Positions 10,322-20,297 of a DNA stretch of 64,000 bases are shown piece by piece. The DNA is from an uncultured Methanoregulaceae archaeon (GTDB lineage Archaea > Halobacteriota > Methanomicrobia > Methanomicrobiales > Methanospirillaceae). The notes under the pieces were generated by a model, which was not told the origin of the DNA, ran no database searches, and saw only the letters and a list, made by a program, of their open reading frames with translations. The stretch lies in contig OY969564.1 of the NCBI GenBank assembly GCA_963701095.1, positions 1,344,001-1,408,000 of the forward strand, given 5' to 3'. Made by a program: the position numbers and the translations under genes. Positions within the stretch are counted from its first letter, which is position 1; every line of letters starts with the position of its first letter.

Positions 10322-11359
10322 ATGTTCAAGTTTGAGAAAGAACAGAGTGTCTGGGACTTCAACGGCACCAAGATTGGTGGACAACCCGGCGAATACCCGA
10401 CCGTATTAGGTGCTTCAATCTTTTACAACAAGCACGAGTGCGTGCTTGATGATAAGACAGGAAAGATCGACAAGGCAAAGGCAGAAGCACTCTGGAACCG
10501 CTGTCAGGTACTCTCTGATATGACCGGTATTCCGCATTTTATCCAAATCATTGCGGAATACGGGGAAGCGTTCGAGAGTGATTTCAGCTGGTTCGACAGT
10601 ATCGACAACAAGACTGCATTCTTAATGGACTCATCGGTCCCAAAGGCGCTAGCACATGCATGCAACTACGTGACCGAAGTCGGGCTTGCCCACCGTGCAA
10701 TCTACAACTCGATCAATGGTTCAATCCTGCCCGAAAGTATCGAGGCATTAAAGAACAGTGATGTAGACGCAGCGATCGTGCTCGCTTTCAACCCGGCAGA
10801 TCCGTCAGTTGCGGGCCGCGAGAAAGTACTCGTCGAAGGTGGCGTCGCAGGACAGACAAAAGGGATGCTGGAAATTGCAGAATACTGCGGTATCAAGCGC
10901 CCGATTCTGGACACTGCGGCAACCCCGCTCGGCCTTGGATCCGGTGGAGCTTACCGTGAGATTCTCGCTTGCAAAGCAATCCACGGGTATCCGACTGGTG
11001 GTGCATACCACAACATGACGGTTTCCTGGACCTGGCTCAAGCGCTGGAAAGGCACAAGCAAGACTCCCTCCGTCCTTGCAGAAGGCTACAAGGGCAAGGA
11101 TGTCCTGCTCGCACAAATGTCCCACCACTACCTTGGTGGTATTGAGGGCATTAAGCAGGCTGCATGGTCAGCACCTGATATCGGCTGCAACATGATTGCA
11201 AGCACCCTCGGTGCCGACCTGATTATGTACGGTCCAATTGAGAACGTCGAAGCAATGATCACAGCACAGGCCTACACGGACATTACCGTCCTCGAGGCAA
11301 CCCGCCAGCTCGGGATCGAGTGCAAATCAGAAAGCCACCCCATCTTTAAACTCATCTAA
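10322..11359 (+). CDS. mtrH: Mtr subunit H
   Basis: MFKFEKEQ...KIGGQPGEYPTVL, YNSIN, YGPIEN; T-tract after the stop. Confidence 0.97.
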   Translation: MFKFEKEQSVWDFNGTKIGGQPGEYPTVLGASIFYNKHECVLDDKTGKIDKAKAEALWNRCQVLSDMTGIPHFIQIIAEYGEAFESDFSWFDSIDNKTAFLMDSSVPKALAHACNYVTEVGLAHRAIYNSINGSILPESIEALKNSDVDAAIVLAFNPADPSVAGREKVLVEGGVAGQTKGMLEIAEYCGIKRPILDTAATPLGLGSGGAYREILACKAIHGYPTGGAYHNMTVSWTWLKRWKGTSKTPSVLAEGYKGKDVLLAQMSHHYLGGIEGIKQAAWSAPDIGCNMIASTLGADLIMYGPIENVEAMITAQAYTDITVLEATRQLGIECKSESHPIFKLI

Positions 11360-11443
11360 TTTTTTTTTACGCCTCAAAAGCCAATGAAAAAAGTATCTTT
11401 TCTTGTTTTGTTGGTAGTATAGTTTCTTACATCATACGCTCCA

Positions 11444-12079
11444 TTACTTGCCAAATACATGTTTGAGGCTCTCCTCGGCATCTTTTTTGCGACCAAGACG
11501 ATGAAGGGCCTCGGCCCGGTGCTGCCAGACAAAGGAGTTGATTGGATTAAGACTGATCGCCAGATCGAATGTGGCAAGCGCTTCCTTGTTTCTCCCGAGT
11601 GCAATCAGTGCAATCCCTTTTGCAGCCATCGCCCGGATATTATTGGGGCCTTTTTCGAGGACACGTTCAAAGCATGCAAGAGCATCTTCGTACTTCCCTA
11701 ACTCATTTAAAGAGTAGCCTTTGTTTGCAAGAGCTATTGTGAACTCCGGATCTAGAGAGAGAGCTCTCTCAAAACAGGCAATAGATTCTGCATACCTGCC
11801 GATTTTGCGCAGGGTATACCCTTTCTCATACCAAGTCGTCAGAAGATGAGGATTTATGCTAAGCGCACGGTCGTAGCAAGCAAGAGCATCTTCATGCCTA
11901 CCAAGGGCATAGAAAACCTCGCCTTTCTGTTCAAGCGCAGTGGTATTCTTTGATTCAGACTCGAGGATCGTATCGTATTCAGCGAGAGCGTCGTCATACC
12001 GCCCAACTCGGGCAAGATGATGCGCAACTTCAAGCATTGCAGCAATGTCCATAGCGATCATACACAAAATTCGCCGCAT
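11444..12079 (-). CDS. Tetratricopeptide repeat protein (start may be the Met at 12049)
   Basis: About six TPR units (KGxxLxxLGRYEDALACFERAL pattern). Confidence 0.9.
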   Translation of the reverse strand: MRRILCMIAMDIAAMLEVAHHLARVGRYDDALAEYDTILESESKNTTALEQKGEVFYALGRHEDALACYDRALSINPHLLTTWYEKGYTLRKIGRYAESIACFERALSLDPEFTIALANKGYSLNELGKYEDALACFERVLEKGPNNIRAMAAKGIALIALGRNKEALATFDLAISLNPINSFVWQHRAEALHRLGRKKDAEESLKHVFGK

Positions 12080-12128
12080 GCATGATAAAATGGCCTACCG
12101 GAAAAAACGAAGATATAGGGCAAAATCA

Positions 12129-12476
12129 TTAACGGCGGGCTAACCGATACAGGATCATACCGGTGCAACCCAGCACTGCAATAACTGTCGACAGGGGCTG
12201 CATCGCAGTATCCGGAGTCACTTTTACAGAGGCAGGGACTGATGAAGTGGGAATTACCGGAAGCGTCGGTTGCTCCGGGGGAGTGGAAGGTAAGTCCAGC
12301 TGCCCAATCTCTACCGAACGCACCGAATGATTGGATAGAGTTGTAATATTTTGTAACGCGTGATTCCCTACAGTGTAGGTGTTGACAGCAGACACCCCAG
12401 CAACAAGAAGACAAAATAACAAACAGATCTCAATAACGATGATTCCAGAAGAGCGGGGAAAAATCAATTGCATCAT
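12129..12476 (-). CDS. Small secreted, membrane-anchored hypothetical protein
   Basis: Signal peptide ending AGVSA, Pro/Ser/Thr-rich middle, C-terminal TM helix plus RLARR. Confidence 0.6.
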   Translation of the reverse strand: MMQLIFPRSSGIIVIEICLLFCLLVAGVSAVNTYTVGNHALQNITTLSNHSVRSVEIGQLDLPSTPPEQPTLPVIPTSSVPASVKVTPDTAMQPLSTVIAVLGCTGMILYRLARR

Positions 12477-12631
12477 GGGTATTAACAGAGTATAAACTAC
12501 CGGTAGGTATATTTATTGCTAATCGATAGAAACCGCAAATATCGTAAACACGATCCATATAGAATAAAAAATATGTCAAGGATCTAGAATCTGACCCCGG
12601 CAATTGAATTTGTCAAAAAAGAAGATTACTA

Positions 12632-13087
12632 TCAATACAGGCGGTAGATGAAAAATCCATCCTGATAGTGCTCGGTTTGGTCGTAATCTGCGAGCAGGTT
12701 CTTGCGGTTTCCAAAAGAAATCATCCGTTTCCTCAGGGGCTCCATACCGCTTGTGTGGTGGATGAGTTTTTTGATCTCTTCGTTTGCCTGGCGAATCTCC
12801 TTAATCCTTATTTTTCCCAGAAGATCGGCAGGTGAAGCGTTGATATCAAAATAGGCAAAAAGGGATTCAAGAGAGATCAACCAGAGTTTTTCCTGCACAG
12901 CATTCTCTGCAGCCTGTGTTGCTTCAGCATCGGAAAGGACAAGATATGCTTCATCATTACCATGGAAAAAAGCCTTAAATCCATATAAATGGCCGTTTGA
13001 GATACGGAGTGCGACTTTCTCAACGCCAAGAAACCGGGCAAGGACTTCACGTTTCTGCTGCATCACCGGATCCTGATCTTTATGCAT
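12632..13087 (-). CDS. Hypothetical protein
   Basis: 151-aa ORF with strong GGAGGAGTGA RBS; no motif recognised. Confidence 0.7.
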   Translation of the reverse strand: MHKDQDPVMQQKREVLARFLGVEKVALRISNGHLYGFKAFFHGNDEAYLVLSDAEATQAAENAVQEKLWLISLESLFAYFDINASPADLLGKIRIKEIRQANEEIKKLIHHTSGMEPLRKRMISFGNRKNLLADYDQTEHYQDGFFIYRLY

Positions 13088-13229
13088 TCACTCCTCCGTA
13101 CCCTCAGCAGATGAGATCATATGCGTTGTGTGTGCACATTCAGGATGGATGTATAAGATATTAAGTTACGCCGTTTAAACCCGCATCCCGCGGGTCACGG
13201 AATATTTGAAAATAAGGTTGTTTTTCTTA

Positions 13230-13841
13230 TCAATCCATATTCAGCGGCTCGAATCCCTGTTTGAACACCTTCCCAAACTGGACACTTATCTTTGGATCCT
13301 GGGCACAGACTGGACATTTATAATCATCTGGAAGATCATCGAATTTTGTCCCGGGTTTTATACCCCGGTGAGGTTCTCCGCGTTTCTCGTCATATACATA
13401 CCCACAGATAGAACAAATATACCGGGTAGGTGCCCACTCATCGAAACCCCATTTGCCGATCTTGCCGCGTCCCTGGTACCCGCAGACCGGGCAGACATAG
13501 TCCTCAGGAAGATCCTCAAAAGGAGTCCCCGCCGGAATACCATTGTGCGGTTCGCCACGGAGCGGCGAGTAGACATAGCCGCAAAGACGGCAACGGTACC
13601 GTTTCAGTTTCCAGGTGGGTACTTTCTTTGCCGGAGATTTTTTTCCAGCTTTTGTCCCGGCTACTTTGGCTTTCGTGGCCGGAATGCTTTTTCCTTTTTT
13701 CGATACCGGCATAGACTTTGCTGGTGCTGCCTTTTTTACAGGCACCGCTTTTTTCGATCGTGCCGAGGACGTGGCTGTGCTCCGTACGTTCGGTGCTGAT
13801 CTGGTTCCGGAAGATCCGGAAACTTTTTTGGTTCCTGGCAT
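13230..13841 (-). CDS. Tandem rubredoxin-domain protein with Lys/Ala/Ser-rich N-terminal extension
   Basis: Two CxxCGYVY...G...F.DLP.DY.CPVC units after an ~80-aa basic low-complexity tail; GGAG before the ATG. Confidence 0.9.
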   Translation of the reverse strand: MPGTKKVSGSSGTRSAPNVRSTATSSARSKKAVPVKKAAPAKSMPVSKKGKSIPATKAKVAGTKAGKKSPAKKVPTWKLKRYRCRLCGYVYSPLRGEPHNGIPAGTPFEDLPEDYVCPVCGYQGRGKIGKWGFDEWAPTRYICSICGYVYDEKRGEPHRGIKPGTKFDDLPDDYKCPVCAQDPKISVQFGKVFKQGFEPLNMD

Positions 13842-14052
13842 TCGTGTTCTCCGGACCGGGTGATCCGGGCTATTTCAGTCCGACCCGGCAATCACCCGCT
13901 CTAACGGATGATGGAAACTACTGGCTCTTATATATTATGAATTGTGCAAATCACCGGGTTTATGTCCCGGGTTTACGTGTAAAACATGCGGATTTGCCTC
14001 TAGATTACCATACCATTAACGATACTAAAAACCGCGAATTTATCCATTTTAA

Positions 14053-14682
14053 ATGCACATGATCAGAAGTATTGAAATGACCGACTTAATTTCAGGAATT
14101 ATCTATGCATTCGCGGCACTTTTTGTAATCCTCGATCCACTACTGTCGGTCCCGATCTTTGCGGGCATGACAAAGGGACAATCATCACGGGAAATACATA
14201 AGCAGGCATTCATAGCAATCGCAGTTGCCGGGGCACTGATGTATATCTTTCTTATTTTTAATACTGCTATTTTCAGTGTTCTAGGCCTGACCCTTTCAAC
14301 ATTCCAGATCGCCGGCGGTGTCATCTTGTTCCTTCTTGGTATGCAAATGGCACTTGGTTTAGACATCTGCAAGTCTAAAAACGAGACCCCGACAGCAGCC
14401 GGCGTGGTGATTGGCACGCCAATTCTCTGTGGACCCGGCGCAATAACGACCGTTATGCTCCTCTCAAATGACTATGGGTACCTCATTCCGTTTATTGCAA
14501 TTACGCTCTCGCTTGGAGCTTCCTGGATAATCTTGTATTTCTCTGCCGGCATCCAGAACATTCTCGGTCCTGTTGTAACCGACGTCATGGGAAGAGTTCT
14601 TGGTATGTTTGTTGCAGCAATTGCAGTTAAATTCATCTTCTCAGGGATAATGGGAACATTGGGACTTCATCTACCATTATAA
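14053..14682 (+). CDS. MarC-family membrane protein (start uncertain)
   Basis: LFVILDPL, FQIAGGVILF, PILCGPGAIT, RVLGMFVAAIAV. Confidence 0.9.
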   Translation: MHMIRSIEMTDLISGIIYAFAALFVILDPLLSVPIFAGMTKGQSSREIHKQAFIAIAVAGALMYIFLIFNTAIFSVLGLTLSTFQIAGGVILFLLGMQMALGLDICKSKNETPTAAGVVIGTPILCGPGAITTVMLLSNDYGYLIPFIAITLSLGASWIILYFSAGIQNILGPVVTDVMGRVLGMFVAAIAVKFIFSGIMGTLGLHLPL

Positions 14683-14738
14683 CCCGGCATTTTCCCCCGG
14701 GGCCAAAATTTCCGATAAAAATAAAAACGTAGGATCCT

Positions 14739-15671
14739 CTAGAAAACATTTTCTGATAAAGCCAGGGTTTCATTTATTTCAGGATATCTCTTCAATGAGC
14801 AGACCTCTACCATGTGGTGTGGATGGTACCGGATTTTTGCGTCCCGAAGGCCGTGTACCCCAAGATCACTTTCCCTGTTAATATACGTCACTTCTCCGGC
14901 TAAAAGGGCTGCTGTTTCCCTGTTAATAGCTTTGTAAATTCCTTCGCAATTCGGGAGCCCTTTTTCGAAATGGACAAGTGCGGTGTCTGTATTGAGGCGC
15001 TCGAAAAGGGATATTGCAGCCACTTGGGAATTGACCCGGATCATCAGGCCCCGTAGGGGAAGTTCGGTGAAATGCTCAATCGCAAAAAAGACTGCATCTT
15101 TCTCATGAGCAAGCACCAGATCGTTCTCGCATCCCTTCCATTCGCACCACTTCACCAGAAACTCCATTACATCTTCCCGGTTTTCTGCCGTGATGGGTTC
15201 GACCGTATGAGAGCAGTTTTTTCGGAATTTATTGAGCTGGCTCCGGATTTTAAGGTAATTTTTTCCCGGTAGCTCTGCAAGGTCGGAAGCGAGATACACA
15301 TATTCGAAGTGATTTCGATCCGGGATGAGAGTAATAGAGGGATCGATCTCTTTTATCCATCGGGAAGTTTCAGGATCAATTAGAACAATCGGTGTATTGT
15401 CACCTATCTCCATGGCGAATCGGATGAGATCCTTCATGAGCTCAGGATCCCGGGGGCCGATAGGGGGGCGGAATCGTGTTATACCTGCAATTGTACTGGC
15501 GAGAATAATGTTGCCATTTATGTATGCGTACCGGTACTGGGCGATCTGGTTCCAGCAGACCATATTTGTAAATGTATTGTCGCTATGGGTCTGCGGGTAC
15601 CGTGTGTAATGCTGCTCGAAAAAACCCCGGTCAGCAAGCGTGACCGGCCGGAAATCTTCCTGCTTCAACAT
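14739..15671 (-). CDS. Stand-alone DUF2156 (MprF / aminoacyl-phosphatidylglycerol synthase C-terminal-like) protein
   Basis: RNHFEYVY...LAELPGK, VHFEKG, YINRESDLG..GLR.AK..YHP. Confidence 0.85.
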   Translation of the reverse strand: MLKQEDFRPVTLADRGFFEQHYTRYPQTHSDNTFTNMVCWNQIAQYRYAYINGNIILASTIAGITRFRPPIGPRDPELMKDLIRFAMEIGDNTPIVLIDPETSRWIKEIDPSITLIPDRNHFEYVYLASDLAELPGKNYLKIRSQLNKFRKNCSHTVEPITAENREDVMEFLVKWCEWKGCENDLVLAHEKDAVFFAIEHFTELPLRGLMIRVNSQVAAISLFERLNTDTALVHFEKGLPNCEGIYKAINRETAALLAGEVTYINRESDLGVHGLRDAKIRYHPHHMVEVCSLKRYPEINETLALSENVF

Positions 15672-16096
15672 CAGGATTCACCACGGTAAATAAGGGGGAC
15701 ATATCCTTCCATAGGGGTAAAGCCCAAGGGCATATAGACTTTTTCTGTGCCTGGTTCAGCAATAAGTGCGATCCAGGTGATACCGGCATCCCGGCACCGG
15801 GCTATAAGTTTGGAAGCGATCGCAGTTCCAAGACGCTTTCCACGGTATTTGGGAATTACTACGATGTCCTGGATATATGCGTCCGAAATACCGTCAGAAA
15901 GAGCACGCCCCATACCCACAGCCTGGCCACTTTTTGAATCTGCTGCCACAGCAAAAGCAAAGCTTCCCTTGATAAGCGCGGGGATTTCCATAGGATCGAA
16001 TGAGTCCTGCCACCAGCCTCCTGCCCGGTAGAGTGCAACTATTTCTTCTGTATTCCAGGAACGGACTATCTCGATGCGGATATCATCCAGATTCAT
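15671..16096 (-). CDS. GNAT-family N-acetyltransferase
   Basis: VGMGRALSDG..DAYIQDIVV.PKYRGKRLG; own GGAGGT RBS before ATG at 16096. Confidence 0.9.
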   Translation of the reverse strand: MNLDDIRIEIVRSWNTEEIVALYRAGGWWQDSFDPMEIPALIKGSFAFAVAADSKSGQAVGMGRALSDGISDAYIQDIVVIPKYRGKRLGTAIASKLIARCRDAGITWIALIAEPGTEKVYMPLGFTPMEGYVPLIYRGES

Positions 16097-16167
16097 CGCA
16101 CAGAGACCTCCCGGATAAAAAGCTGTCAAAAGAGAAAAGAACACCGATACAGTTGGGTTAGGTTCCA

Positions 16168-16729
16168 TTAAACAACCAGCTGACAAAACATTCCCGTGAG
16201 CAACCTGAACCTGACCGATGGCGGTGTCGACAATGGATCCAAGTTCGGAAATTCCCCAATGTTCCGAGTTCAGGATTAAATGATAGATGGAGAGATCGTT
16301 GATATCAATATCATAATACTGCCGGTACCTCGCAGCTTCGCAATGCTCGCGTTCAAGGGTGATCGCCTTTGCCGTCTCTATATCAGCTATCTGGTCACGG
16401 AGCAGAATTCGTTCAAGCCGGCAATCAATGGGGGCAAAGAGCCAGATCTTGAGATCTGCTTTGTCCACCATCCATCCCGATAACCTTCCCTCGACAATGA
16501 TATTGTCTTTTTTCCCGGCGATCTCTTTTTGCCGGGCATCAATCATCTTGTCGTACGCCGGGTCTTTCTCGGCAAGCCGACCGAATGCAGCAAGTTCCAT
16601 GTTGTGTTCTTTTGCACACTGACGGAAAACTTCTCCCGCCGATATCATGGTAAACCCGTGACATTCTGAAAGATAACGTGAGAGTGAGGTGGTCCCGCTG
16701 CCGGGAAGCCCGCTCACAGTAATTCTCAT
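16168..16729 (-). CDS. cmk: Cytidylate kinase; 3' end uncertain because the assembled frame reads through into the GNAT gene
   Basis: MRITVSGLPGSGTT P-loop, SAGEVFR, IVEGRLSGW; usual position after DUF106; end given assumes one extra base near 16177. Confidence 0.9.
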
Positions 16730-17349
16730 TAAATTCCCCCGATATTGAGGGCTTTTCTGATGACCTGGCTGATGGTGATCGAACAGATCATATACCAGAT
16801 CATCCATGCTGGAATGACCCAGATGATAGGTGTCGTCAGGTTCAGGGTCCCAAAATAGGGGAAGGTTATTGTGTTGTTAATTTCGTTTAACCGGTAGAGA
16901 AGCCAGAAGAAGATCGGAACCGTAAGGATGAGGATATACCCCATAGGCTTGAACTGTTGCTGGGAGAGTTCCAGCTGTTCGCGCATCATCCGGTCTTTTT
17001 TGACATCCAGTTTCTTGATTCGCTTTTCATCTTGGGATAACATGGCTTCCCGATATTCTTTCTGGAAATCCTTCATCCTGTCCTGGACATCCATCATTCG
17101 CTCATAATCGATCGTGTACTTCTGTATGATGGAAGAGTACAACCCAGTCAGTCCTGATAAGATAACGATTAAAATAAAGAACGGGATACCAAACTGGTTG
17201 ACAAGAGGGGAAAACACGCCATCTATTCCTTTTCCGACATCGGTGCGAAGCCAGGGAACGGTGTAAGTCCACATCATTACGAACATGAAAAGCAGCGCGA
17301 CGTATAATCCGTATTTTTCCCAGAATTTCCCAAAGTCCATGGAAGCCAC
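16729..17349 (-). CDS. DUF106 / EMC3-TMCO1 (Oxa1 superfamily) membrane protein
   Basis: TM, coiled coil, QQQFKPM, W..WYMICS; secY-adk-DUF106-cmk synteny. Confidence 0.9.
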   Translation of the reverse strand: MASMDFGKFWEKYGLYVALLFMFVMMWTYTVPWLRTDVGKGIDGVFSPLVNQFGIPFFILIVILSGLTGLYSSIIQKYTIDYERMMDVQDRMKDFQKEYREAMLSQDEKRIKKLDVKKDRMMREQLELSQQQFKPMGYILILTVPIFFWLLYRLNEINNTITFPYFGTLNLTTPIIWVIPAWMIWYMICSITISQVIRKALNIGGI

Positions 17350-17360
17350 CTTGTGCGAGA

Positions 17361-17933
17361 TTACCTGAGGGCATCTGCCATTTCTGTGGCAGCAAGATCA
17401 AGCAGATGATCTGCATTCGTGATGAGTTTGATAGTACAACCGGTCGCCATGGCATATGCTGCGGCGATAGACCTGTTGAATTCCTGGTGTTCGGCAATCG
17501 CCCGGGCTCCTTCCTTGTCCCGGCTTCTGGTCTCATCGGTTATTCGCCGCATAAGGATCTGGTCATTATCCGTTTCAACAAGGATGATCATGTCGGGCAT
17601 GATCTCACGGAGCACCCATTCCGGGAGACCTGCAAGATACCCCTTGGGCGTTTTCACCGATGCATGCGTATCGATCATAACATTACCTGGGATTTGGGCG
17701 ATCGCTTGTGCTGCACGCTGCTGAAGCCGTTTCTGATCAGTACGGTCAAGTGACCGCATCTGGTCGCGATTTTCTACAAGCCCCTCATTTTTGGCCACTT
17801 CAAACATAAAAGAGCCAAAATTGATGGTTTTGTATTCCACACCTTCACTTTTAAGTTTGCTCAATGCCTCGTTGATTACCGTGGTCTTACCGACACCCGG
17901 CACACCCGTGATAATGACCTTTTTTCCTGCCAT
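17361..17933 (-). CDS. adk: Adenylate kinase (archaeal)
   Basis: ITGVPGVGKTT, IDTHA, GYLAGLP. Confidence 0.96.
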   Translation of the reverse strand: MAGKKVIITGVPGVGKTTVINEALSKLKSEGVEYKTINFGSFMFEVAKNEGLVENRDQMRSLDRTDQKRLQQRAAQAIAQIPGNVMIDTHASVKTPKGYLAGLPEWVLREIMPDMIILVETDNDQILMRRITDETRSRDKEGARAIAEHQEFNRSIAAAYAMATGCTIKLITNADHLLDLAATEMADALR

Positions 17934-17944
17934 TCCAGTTCCCT

Positions 17945-19378
17945 TCATTCTTTGCCAAAGAATGTCCGCATGAACGGATACATTTCCATAATCTGCTGGC
18001 TTGCAATCTCTTCGTACAGCCTGTATGTGATACTGACTGTCAGTAACAATCCCGTGCCACTAACAGCTCCAATGACACCAAAGAGGTTTGCAACAATGCT
18101 TAGTATCCCTATGAACACCCCGCCGATTACCGTAACACGAGGGATATACCGGTCCAGGTATTTCTCCAGGACCTGAGGATTCCTCCGATACCCCGGGATC
18201 GACATACCGGACATCTGAATCTGGCGTGCCACATCTTTTGAATCGAGACCGGCAGTTTTGATCCAGAAGAGTGCAAAGATTGCACCACCAACTACCATGA
18301 ACGTGGTATCAATGCCCATCCGGAGGATAACCTGCCAGGTTGGATGGCCGAGATCGGTTACCCACCACATCCAGTCGGTTGGGCCGTTTATAGGCGCAAG
18401 GAAATACATCAGGCCGCCTTGCGGAGTCTGTCCATTGAACTTACCGAGAATGGTAATACCAATATTGGACAGGAACATCCCGACCATCTGGATATTGGCT
18501 TGAAGAACCCGTACCAGGATCATCGGAAGAACGCTTGCGTAAATCAGCTTGACCGGAAAACGTGCCCGCGCACCCCTTACCTGTGCATGGGCAAGGGGGA
18601 TTTCAATGCGGGTAGATTCCACATAAACGATTATCAGGAAGATGAGAATGGTAGTTGCAAAGGCGAGGAGATTTGTGCCAAAATACTGGATAAAATTCGC
18701 ACCATCAAGCACGACCGCGAATAGCCGCGGGAAAAATCCTACCGGATAGGGATCGCTGACTGCGGTCCAGTTGATAAACCCGTTTACAAGTGCCTGAGAA
18801 ATACCGGCAATAATAAAGAGCCCTACACCGGAACCTATACCCCACTTGGTGACCACTTCATCCATCAAAAAGATCAGGACACCTCCAATACAAATCTGGA
18901 GGAAAATCAACAACGAAACTGCAAAGAGGTTCCCACCGAAGAAATGTGCCGCAATGGCGGGATCAGGCACCATGAATCCACCGATGAGGTTAGGGGCAGC
19001 CTCGACAACGATCATTACGAGAATAAGGATCTTCTGGAGACCCATGTACATGACCTGACCACGGGCTTCGCTTGTATCAATTTGCAGGATATCGGCACCT
19101 TTTAAGAGCTGGAGGACTATGGACGCGGTGACGATCGGCCCGATACCGAGATCCACAATCGAACCGGTGGCACCGGCAAGCAGGGCCCGCCAGTATAAGA
19201 ACACATCCTGAGAACTGGCTGCAAGCCCGAATATCGGGATATTTGTAAGCGCAAAATACAGAATCAAAATTCCCAGTGTCCACATCAATTTATTCTTAAA
19301 GTGGACATGCCCCTCCGGGCTCTTAACTGCGGGCATCGCAGCAAGCAGGGGTTCCATTCTATCCAGCAGGTCACCCAT
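17945..19378 (-). CDS. secY: Protein translocase subunit SecY
   Basis: LGIGPIVTASI, KWGIGSG, FPVKLIYAS, GTGLLLTVSI. Confidence 0.98.
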   Translation of the reverse strand: MGDLLDRMEPLLAAMPAVKSPEGHVHFKNKLMWTLGILILYFALTNIPIFGLAASSQDVFLYWRALLAGATGSIVDLGIGPIVTASIVLQLLKGADILQIDTSEARGQVMYMGLQKILILVMIVVEAAPNLIGGFMVPDPAIAAHFFGGNLFAVSLLIFLQICIGGVLIFLMDEVVTKWGIGSGVGLFIIAGISQALVNGFINWTAVSDPYPVGFFPRLFAVVLDGANFIQYFGTNLLAFATTILIFLIIVYVESTRIEIPLAHAQVRGARARFPVKLIYASVLPMILVRVLQANIQMVGMFLSNIGITILGKFNGQTPQGGLMYFLAPINGPTDWMWWVTDLGHPTWQVILRMGIDTTFMVVGGAIFALFWIKTAGLDSKDVARQIQMSGMSIPGYRRNPQVLEKYLDRYIPRVTVIGGVFIGILSIVANLFGVIGAVSGTGLLLTVSITYRLYEEIASQQIMEMYPFMRTFFGKE

Positions 19379-19402
19379 TATTTCACCAAAAAATTTGACG
19401 GA

Positions 19403-19831
19403 TCAGACGATTTGCGCCTTTCCACCGGTCTTTTCGATCTTTACCTTTGCTTGTTCGGAGAAAGCCGCTGCGGAAATGTGGAGTTTCCGGTTGACTCTGC
19501 CGCTGCCTAGTATCTTCTCTATTCCGAGATCGGCAGCGTTTACAACAATTGCGTCCCCTTCCTGTCTTGCAATTCCCTGAGCAAGAAGCGACGGTACAAT
19601 CTGATCGATAATCCCTATATCCATGGCAGGAACGAAAACTGCCGGGTTGTGGAAGAAACCGTTCTTGCCAAAGACTGGTCCTCCCATTTCCATATACCAC
19701 TTGACAAAGTGATGGGCGTTGATACCCGCGCGACCTCTGCCGCCACGGTTACCTGCACCCCGGCGGTTCTTATGGGTACCTCCACCGCATGTCCGCGATC
19801 CCCGGTATTTTGAACGTTTGTTTGTTGGCAT
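19403..19831 (-). CDS. rpl15: 50S ribosomal protein uL15
   Basis: RGSRTCGGGTHKNRRGAGNRGGRG, KILGSG. Confidence 0.97.
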   Translation of the reverse strand: MPTNKRSKYRGSRTCGGGTHKNRRGAGNRGGRGRAGINAHHFVKWYMEMGGPVFGKNGFFHNPAVFVPAMDIGIIDQIVPSLLAQGIARQEGDAIVVNAADLGIEKILGSGRVNRKLHISAAAFSEQAKVKIEKTGGKAQIV

Positions 19832-19835
19832 CTCT

Positions 19836-20297
19836 TCACCTCATCTTGTAGAGAAGAGTATTGATCTCTTCACCATAATAGCCAAGCGCTCCACCCTGTA
19901 CAAATGTGCGTTTTGTGGTTTTGTATCCTTTGCGAGGAGGATGGAGCCGGAGTACCGGCTTGAGGCCCGGGATATCACGAAGCCGCGACTCTCCTTTTGC
20001 CAGCGCCTGTGCAAATTCGATGATGCTGCTATAGGTCGAATTGGACTGGATATACTCATCCGTTAAGGGATCGTCACCTATGACACGTCCTCGTGTCTTG
20101 AGCAGGGTTTCCAGGGTAGCTGCATCCACTTCACCATAAGCAACATAATCCTTTACCTTACGGATCATGCCAAGGTTCTCAGGAGTGTCAGCCACGAGCA
20201 CGCAGTGGTTGATATGGTGCAGACGGAGCATCTTTAAAGTGTCTTTAATGTCCCGGCGTGTATTAACCACACCGCGGACCTGCACAACTGCGAACAT
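19836..20297 (-). CDS. rpl30: 50S ribosomal protein uL30
   Basis: TLKMLRL, KVKDYVAYGE, RLHPPRKG. Confidence 0.97.
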   Translation of the reverse strand: MFAVVQVRGVVNTRRDIKDTLKMLRLHHINHCVLVADTPENLGMIRKVKDYVAYGEVDAATLETLLKTRGRVIGDDPLTDEYIQSNSTYSSIIEFAQALAKGESRLRDIPGLKPVLRLHPPRKGYKTTKRTFVQGGALGYYGEEINTLLYKMR

